From Candidatus Aldehydirespiratoraceae bacterium (lineage in GTDB: Bacteria; Actinomycetota; Acidimicrobiia; Acidimicrobiales; Aldehydirespiratoraceae), in contig OZ244898.1 of NCBI GenBank assembly GCA_965221585.1, positions 176,719-240,718 of the forward strand: 64,000 nucleotides of DNA. Reading direction: 5' to 3'. Numbering within the stretch: position 1 is the first letter of the stretch; each line of letters opens with the position of its first letter. Under the pieces are notes generated by a model, which did no database searches, was not told the origin of the DNA, and saw only the letters and a program-made list of their open reading frames with translations. Below are positions 56,996 through 64,000 of the stretch, piece after piece. The translations under genes were made by a program, and so were the position numbers.

Positions 56996-58627
56996 TCAGC
57001 AGAGAGGTTCGTAGCGGATTCCCGAGTCGGCCAGGCGGTCGAGGGCATCGTCGAGGGCTTCGACTGTCTGGGAACGATCACCGCCTCCGTCATGCAGCGA
57101 GATGATCGCTCCGTCGGTTGCGCCGGCAACGATCCTGTTGGCGATCGTCTCGGCACCGGGGTTGCGCCAGTCGAACGTGTCGACCGTCCATAGGGCTACA
57201 GCCAGGCCGTGGGAGGCCGCCCAGTCGTAGGTGAACGCATCCCTGGCACCGTAGGGCGGTCGGACGCACGGTGCGGCGTGTTCTCCCAGGATCTCCTGGG
57301 TCCGGCTGATCGTCTGGTCGAAGGCCTCTCTGGAGAGCGTTGTCAGATCCTCGTGGAGCCACGTGTGGTTTGCCACGGTGTGCCCTTCGGCGACGATCCG
57401 CTCGACAATGGCCGGGTAGCGCTCCGCGAGGTAGCCGACGACGAAGAATGTTGCGCGGGCGTTGTGACGAGCGAGGACATCAAGAATCTGAGGGGTGTAT
57501 ACGGGGTGTGGGCCGTCGTCGATGGTGAGATAGACAACATCGCCCGGTTCGGCCGTTGGTCTTGTGGGGATCGTTGGCAACGGGATCACCGGTTTTGGAT
57601 CTGAGAATGCGCCGAGCGGCAGCACCGTTGCGGTCATCTCGTAGTCGGCGGCTTCCCCGTGGGTGGAGACGACGCCCAGCCTCCAGGGTCCGGTGGCGGG
57701 TAGAACCGTGTTGAGTTGCTGGGTCCGGTCGTCCGGGGAGGCAAGCATGAAATAGCCGAGGTCGACGGTCAACCAGACTCCGAGCGGTGCCGTCAGTTCG
57801 ACGCTGATCGCCTGTTGCTCGCTGGCTTGCAGGGTGTAGATCTGCCGCTGGTTCGGTTCGATCGTTCCGGTTTCGGTGGCTGATATCGCTCCCGCCTCGA
57901 AGTGGATTGCGATTTCGGGCGGTTCCAGTTCGGGCAGCGGGAGGTTCTTGAGCGGCTTGCTGCTGACGACTCGAGCTTGGGGCTCGGCTCCGGTCAGGTC
58001 GATTTCGAGGGTTGTGCGTTGGGTGACGACGGTGAACGGCTCGTCGTCGAGACGGTCCAGCAGCGTCACTTCGATGAGACCGTGTTGAACTGCGATCTCT
58101 TCGATGACGACGCGATCGCCGACGTACACGGGTGCTCGTGGCGCCGGTGTTCCGTCGTCGTTGATTACCGGGACGATCAGGTGGAAGACGCCGGTTCCGG
58201 CTGACTGTTCGATGATGTGTGTGACCAGGTCTTCGTCTCCGTCGTTGTCGAGGTCGCCTTGAGTGACCCGGTTCTGCAGCTGAAATACGGTTTCGGAGGC
58301 GCCGCCGTAGGAGATCGTGGCTTGCCCGTCTTCCAGTTCGATGGTCTCACCGTCGAGTTCGAAGCTGAGGTTCTCGAGATCCTCCCAGGCGATCAGCGCC
58401 GGTTTCGCGATCGTTGTCGTCGTGCTTGGCGGTGCGGTGGTCTGAGGCGCTTGCTTCTCGGTGGTGGTACTCGTGCTAGTGCTGGAGCTGGTGGTTGTGC
58501 TGAGGGTCGTTGTGGAGATGTTCTGGTCTGGTGCGGTGGTGTCGTCGGAACAGGCGGCCATCGTCAGGCCCAGTACAATGGCAACGAGGACCAGTCCACC
58601 GCTCCGTGCTGTTGCGACGCTCGTCAC
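56996..58627 (-). CDS. Polysaccharide deacetylase (NodB domain) lipoprotein with large N-terminal region
   Basis: Lipobox GLTMAAC and Thr/Ser-rich linker. C-terminal NodB motifs: YLTIDDGPH, ATFFVVG, NHTWLHED, ISLHDGGG. Confidence 0.85.
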   Translation of the reverse strand: MTSVATARSGGLVLVAIVLGLTMAACSDDTTAPDQNISTTTLSTTTSSSTSTSTTTEKQAPQTTAPPSTTTTIAKPALIAWEDLENLSFELDGETIELEDGQATISYGGASETVFQLQNRVTQGDLDNDGDEDLVTHIIEQSAGTGVFHLIVPVINDDGTPAPRAPVYVGDRVVIEEIAVQHGLIEVTLLDRLDDEPFTVVTQRTTLEIDLTGAEPQARVVSSKPLKNLPLPELEPPEIAIHFEAGAISATETGTIEPNQRQIYTLQASEQQAISVELTAPLGVWLTVDLGYFMLASPDDRTQQLNTVLPATGPWRLGVVSTHGEAADYEMTATVLPLGAFSDPKPVIPLPTIPTRPTAEPGDVVYLTIDDGPHPVYTPQILDVLARHNARATFFVVGYLAERYPAIVERIVAEGHTVANHTWLHEDLTTLSREAFDQTISRTQEILGEHAAPCVRPPYGARDAFTYDWAASHGLAVALWTVDTFDWRNPGAETIANRIVAGATDGAIISLHDGGGDRSQTVEALDDALDRLADSGIRYEPLC

Positions 58628-58762
58628 GCGCGCCTCTCTTTTGGTCCGAGCCTACGGCGAGGTTACCGCGAGTTTCGGGGTTGAGTATCTGGTGTGCCGG
58701 GGCCGATCAAGCGCTGATTGTGCAGGTTGTTGCGGCCAAGTCTCATCGGTACCGTTGGGGTC

Positions 58763-60308
<1,546 letters not shown>

Positions 60309-60497
60309 CGCCTTGGCATCGTAACCGCCGATCACCACCCACCCCCGGGGCGGTAACAACGCCGTAGGGATGCTGTTCGAGTCGGACCAGTACCGTTGCC
60401 AGCGGGGTTCGCGGTAACCCGGGGTTGATGCTGGCTAGATCTCAACGATCTTGCGGTGAGCGCACTCTTTGCTTCTTTCTCAACTCAATTCGGTGTT

Positions 60498-60514
60498 CTC
60501 AACACGGTGTTGAG
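60498..60514. promoter_or_regulatory. 17-bp palindrome within a TCTCAAC-repeat control region
   Basis: CTCAACAC-G-GTGTTGAG is a perfect palindrome. TCTCAAC recurs at 60440, 60478 and 60497 (spacings 38 and 19 bp). Confidence 0.45.
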
Positions 60515-60738
60515 GTGGCTGCGAATTGTGGGCGAGCACCTACCCAGAGTCCAGGCATCCGGGTGTCGGAGTCTCATCGTATTCTGTGTGCGTGCTGGCT
60601 ACAGGCGAACACGATGTGACAGCGCCCGGAGAACCGGACGGTGACGCGGTGATGTAGGCGTGCCGGGCGGCGGATATCCCGATCTCGTTTGGTAGCTCGA
60701 TAGGTTGCCATCCGTACTTCTTGTCCGACGATTGAAAG

Positions 60739-62574
60739 GTGAAACGTCGCGTGGCTCAACCCCGGTTGGAGACTCTCTATGAGATTTGCCGTGTCCTAGC
60801 AAGCGATGGCGGCCGCCGGTTCACTGTTGACCGTGTGCATGACGTGTTGCACTCGGCTTGGAAAGAGAGCGGAGAGCAAGACCATGAACTCCAGTCGCTG
60901 GCCATCGCATTCGGCTACTTCATGGACAACAGTGAGTGGTATCGCTCTGCGCTGGTGGATGCCGAGGACGGACAGCCTTTGTCGGAAGGCCCGTTTGGTC
61001 CGATGTTTGAAATGAGAAACCCCGATGGGGATGGCTGGGGTCACTTTCCTCCCGCGTTACGCAGGCTGCCCGATGATGTGTTGGACATTTGGGTTGAGTA
61101 TGCCTGTCAGTCTGCGCTTCACCCGCTGCTGCGCTCGCGGCTTGCTGATCTCTTGTGGGTCCGAAAATACGATCAACAGCGGCATCGTTGGCATGAGATA
61201 GCGGTTGGTGCCTACGTTGATCTGGTTCGCGAGCAAGATGTGCAAGTTTTGGAACGCGAGAAAGGTGTTATCCGGGCCGTCAACCTCGCACGAGAATCCA
61301 AGCAGACGGGGTTGGAGAAATCCGCTTGGGACGCTCTCAACGACCTTGTTTCGATCCTGCTGGTAGAGGAAGGGGAGTGCTACGGGCCTGTTGGGCGCTG
61401 TTTGTCGCATTTGGCCGCGCGTAAACAGCCTTGCAGGGCGCTTGTAGATCAGGCCATCTCCAAATACCGCACCGACCCTCATAAACACATGCAGTTGTGG
61501 TGCATAAAGGCACAGGCCGAAGACCTGGAAGCCGACCCGATGCAGTGCATCATCGAAGCCATCAACATCTTGGTTGCGGACGCGGACTCATCTCCGGGGT
61601 TGCGCCAGTTGAGCCTACTACGAGACGCCGCTTCGCTAGCCCGAGACCAGGGCTTGCATGATGTCGCCCGTGACTTGGACGCACGAATCGCCCGGGTGAA
61701 TCTTGAAGATGACCTGATCCGTGTCGAGCACGAAGTCGAAATCTCCCATGAGGAGGTAGAAGCCGTGGTGAACGAAGTTATTGGAGACGCGGAGAGCCTG
61801 TCTGACGCGCTCCTAGCGTTCGGACGTCAGATGCCGATTGAGACCGAAGAACAAAACCGGCAAAATGTGACGAACCAAGTTGATGAAACACCGTTGCAGT
61901 ACCTAGTTGGCAGAATCGAAATCGATTCGGTAGGGGATCAGATAACCACCTCTGACGCCCCATCGATCCGTGACCCGGACTTTATGGACAGAGAAGTCCG
62001 CCGTCTTGAGCGCCAGCAGATCGACGTATTCGCTTGGCTTGTTGGGTGCAACGTCCTACGAGAGATCGACAGACGCTACAGCCCGACACTTGAAGCACTT
62101 GCCGAGCACTTCCGCTGCGCGTGGATCAGCGACGACCTAGCCAGGCGAATCGCGAAGTCGTTCCTCCACTGGCGCGAAGGCGACCAAGATAGCGCCGTCT
62201 CGGTGGTCGTTCTCACCGTCGAAGCCGCTATCCGCAAGTTGGCCGAGTCGATAGACGTAACAGTCACCCAAACCAAACCTGGCCCCGGAGGGAGCGCAGT
62301 TGGCGAAGCGGCAACTCTCGGTGTCCTGTTGAACCGCATCGCAAGCCAACCAGCTTTCGCTGAAGCTCAACTAATCCCGAGATACCTGGATTCAGCGCTA
62401 ACCCATAGATGGTCCATGAACCTCAGGAACCTCCTAGCCCACTCCTTGACGAATCTGACAGAACCGCAGTACGTCGTGCTGCTACACATCGTCTGCTTAC
62501 TGCGTTGGCTCGCCGAGCACGCCCAAAATACCGACGATACCCACACCGATCCTAAACCTCCTGTGTCCGGCTGA
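60739..62574 (+). CDS. Hypothetical protein with a C-terminal HEPN-like Rx4H motif (reminiscent of the LA2681/DUF4209 class)
   Basis: 611 aa. WSMNLRNLLAHSL (R at 62425-62427, H at 62440-62442). N-terminal LHPLLRSRLADLLWVRK. The start is GTG at 60739 or GTG at 60751, which has better spacing from GAAAGG. Confidence 0.6.
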   Translation: MKRRVAQPRLETLYEICRVLASDGGRRFTVDRVHDVLHSAWKESGEQDHELQSLAIAFGYFMDNSEWYRSALVDAEDGQPLSEGPFGPMFEMRNPDGDGWGHFPPALRRLPDDVLDIWVEYACQSALHPLLRSRLADLLWVRKYDQQRHRWHEIAVGAYVDLVREQDVQVLEREKGVIRAVNLARESKQTGLEKSAWDALNDLVSILLVEEGECYGPVGRCLSHLAARKQPCRALVDQAISKYRTDPHKHMQLWCIKAQAEDLEADPMQCIIEAINILVADADSSPGLRQLSLLRDAASLARDQGLHDVARDLDARIARVNLEDDLIRVEHEVEISHEEVEAVVNEVIGDAESLSDALLAFGRQMPIETEEQNRQNVTNQVDETPLQYLVGRIEIDSVGDQITTSDAPSIRDPDFMDREVRRLERQQIDVFAWLVGCNVLREIDRRYSPTLEALAEHFRCAWISDDLARRIAKSFLHWREGDQDSAVSVVVLTVEAAIRKLAESIDVTVTQTKPGPGGSAVGEAATLGVLLNRIASQPAFAEAQLIPRYLDSALTHRWSMNLRNLLAHSLTNLTEPQYVVLLHIVCLLRWLAEHAQNTDDTHTDPKPPVSG

Positions 62575-62672
62575 AACCGGTACGTTTTCACGTCCAACGG
62601 GACATACCAGAACATGATCTCGGCCCCGCAAGGCAAGAGTCGCGCTTCCTACCCGGAACCAATACTGTTCAG

Positions 62673-63524
62673 TTGGTGCATGCTGAAATCCAAATCACAG
62701 AAGAGATGAACAGCCATCTGGGACGCGACAGAGTTACTTTGGAGTCGGGGTCTTGGGTGATAGAACCACAGGAGATGCTCGTAACAGTAGCGAGAGTGGA
62801 CTTGCAGCGGGGATTGTTGGCTGCCGCGGCGCCGGACCAAGTCGTGAAATTCTCAGAACCCCGATTCGCCATTCCACAGCACGACAAGTTGAGACTCTCC
62901 ACTGCTCGTTTCTTCCGTGATCAAGATGAACCCGAAGGCGGTATCGGAGACGAGTTTGAAGCCCGCCAAACAAGGGACATCCACACGGTCCTCAAAGAAA
63001 CCGGAAGCTCAGAACTCCTCAGCTCTAACTCGTCACTGTCGGGGGAGGTGACATATGGCACCGACGACTTCTGGATTTTCAGTACTTCTGTGATGCCGCA
63101 CTCGACCCCTGAGCTTGAACGGATGCGGCAGCGGTTCTCGTATGAGTGCGCCACGTCGATCACGAGTCCCTCGGAGTTCGCGCGACAACTAGGAGAGATG
63201 TTCGCAGTGAACTCAACAGAAGCTGACCTGCAACTCGAATTCCCGGCGCAGATCCAGCGGTGGGTTGCCATGCTCTGGCGAATCGACGGGATCGTGCGGG
63301 TGTATCACGGCCCGGTGCTGTACGACGACAACCCCGAGGAGACGGTCTTTTCTCTGCCCCCTGCCTGCCAGGCGATAGCCGCCACGTTCGTCAAGCGTAA
63401 AGCCTACAACTGGCAAAGCGAGTACCGGTTCGCAGTGAGCACCATCGGTACCCCGGCAACCGACGAACTGTACTTGCCGATATCCGACGAGATGAAGGCC
63501 CTGGCCGAGATCGAATCGTCTTGA
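62673..63524 (+). CDS. Hypothetical protein, DUF2971-like pattern
   Basis: LRLSTARFFRDQDEPEGGIGDEFE; DFWIFSTSVMP; FVKRKAYNWQSEYRF. These parallel the three conserved DUF2971 blocks as I recall them. The start is uncertain (TTG 62673, GTG 62676 or ATG 62706). Confidence 0.5.
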   Translation: MVHAEIQITEEMNSHLGRDRVTLESGSWVIEPQEMLVTVARVDLQRGLLAAAAPDQVVKFSEPRFAIPQHDKLRLSTARFFRDQDEPEGGIGDEFEARQTRDIHTVLKETGSSELLSSNSSLSGEVTYGTDDFWIFSTSVMPHSTPELERMRQRFSYECATSITSPSEFARQLGEMFAVNSTEADLQLEFPAQIQRWVAMLWRIDGIVRVYHGPVLYDDNPEETVFSLPPACQAIAATFVKRKAYNWQSEYRFAVSTIGTPATDELYLPISDEMKALAEIESS

Positions 63525-63917
63525 CGGTGACATCTTCGCAACTCGGCAAAAGTGTGGTGACACAGCAACGACGGGCCGGATACTTCGAGAGCGCGGTGGG
63601 CTTGCGAGGTACTCCTTCCTGCGTTTGCATCCCGGCAGCACGGACCTTGACTTGGAGAGCGGTATTACCGACTGAGTGAATGGTCGCTGTCGGGAACAAG
63701 CAAGCAACGCGACCCTGTCTTGTTGCTCCGGTTCTGTGCGCGAGGAGTGTCACAGGGCTGTGTCATCGTTGGGTTCTCGATTCCGGTTAGTTCTTTGACG
63801 TGCCAGATGCGATTTCCCCGCAAGGCCGGATTTGAGGCAGGTGATGCAAAACGGGCTGGTCGGGTATCGCCCGGCTCGCTGCTGTCGGCTACTACTCTCC
63901 GTGAAAGGATCCCAAAC

Positions 63918-64000
63918 ATGGCCTATAGAACGATCGACCTCTTTTCGGGAGCGGGCGGGCTAACCGCAGGTTTCTGGCTAGCTCGCGACAAGACAGGCGC
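63918..64000 (+). CDS. dcm: DNA (cytosine-5)-methyltransferase, N-terminal fragment (continues beyond window)
   Basis: ATG preceded by AAAGGA. MAYRTIDLFSGAGGLTAGFWLARDKTG contains C5-MTase motif I (DLFSGxGG). It is not in the ORF track because it is open at the window end. Confidence 0.7.
   Translation, partial: MAYRTIDLFSGAGGLTAGFWLARDKTG

Noticed and set aside
60425-60802. Small ORFs (61-67 aa) on both strands in the divergent region between the two HEPN-motif genes
   Set aside because: They are Cys/Arg-rich, show no HTH or antitoxin-like pattern and have no ribosome-binding sites. The repeats there are better explained as regulatory or RNA elements.
63213-63919. Minus-strand ORFs (164, 120 and 84 aa) in the island gap before the methyltransferase
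   Set aside because: They overlap each other and the end of the 283-aa gene, have R/P/S/C-rich translations and no start context. I treat the region as non-coding.

Overview
This is a high-GC chromosomal segment that looks actinobacterial; the PAC2, LytR_C, HemQ, Rpf-like and LppM-like proteins and a GroEL without an adjacent GroES suggest this, possibly Acidimicrobiia-like, but the taxon is a guess. About 85% of the window is ordinary core metabolism and housekeeping: clpC (3' part), crp, ispDF-rlmB, azlCD, groEL with a CIRCE operator, fdhD, hemQ, hyuAB, glnD, tesB, a GtrA/methyltransferase/prenyltransferase-like/GT4/lnt envelope cluster, hemE-hemY, a HelD-like helicase, an Fe(III)-type ABC transporter, a KhtT/CPA2 antiporter and tandem TauD dioxygenases. 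There are two tRNAs, Thr-UGU and initiator Met. Two regions look accessory. The first (16.7-18.5 kb) is a two-gene insertion between fdhD and hemQ: a truncated HipA-family kinase followed by a HipS-like/HIRAN fusion protein, with no HipB. The second (58.8 kb to the window end) is a visibly lower-GC island starting immediately 3' of tRNA-fMet. It carries two unrelated large proteins that each end in an Rx4H (HEPN-type) motif, a DUF2971-like protein, a repeat-bearing 380-bp divergent control region and the start of a C5 DNA methyltransferase. This island is my best candidate for an uncharacterised defence-type system. All family calls come from motifs read by eye in the supplied translations; no database search was run. 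Many long ORFs antisense to real genes are high-GC artefacts and were rejected.
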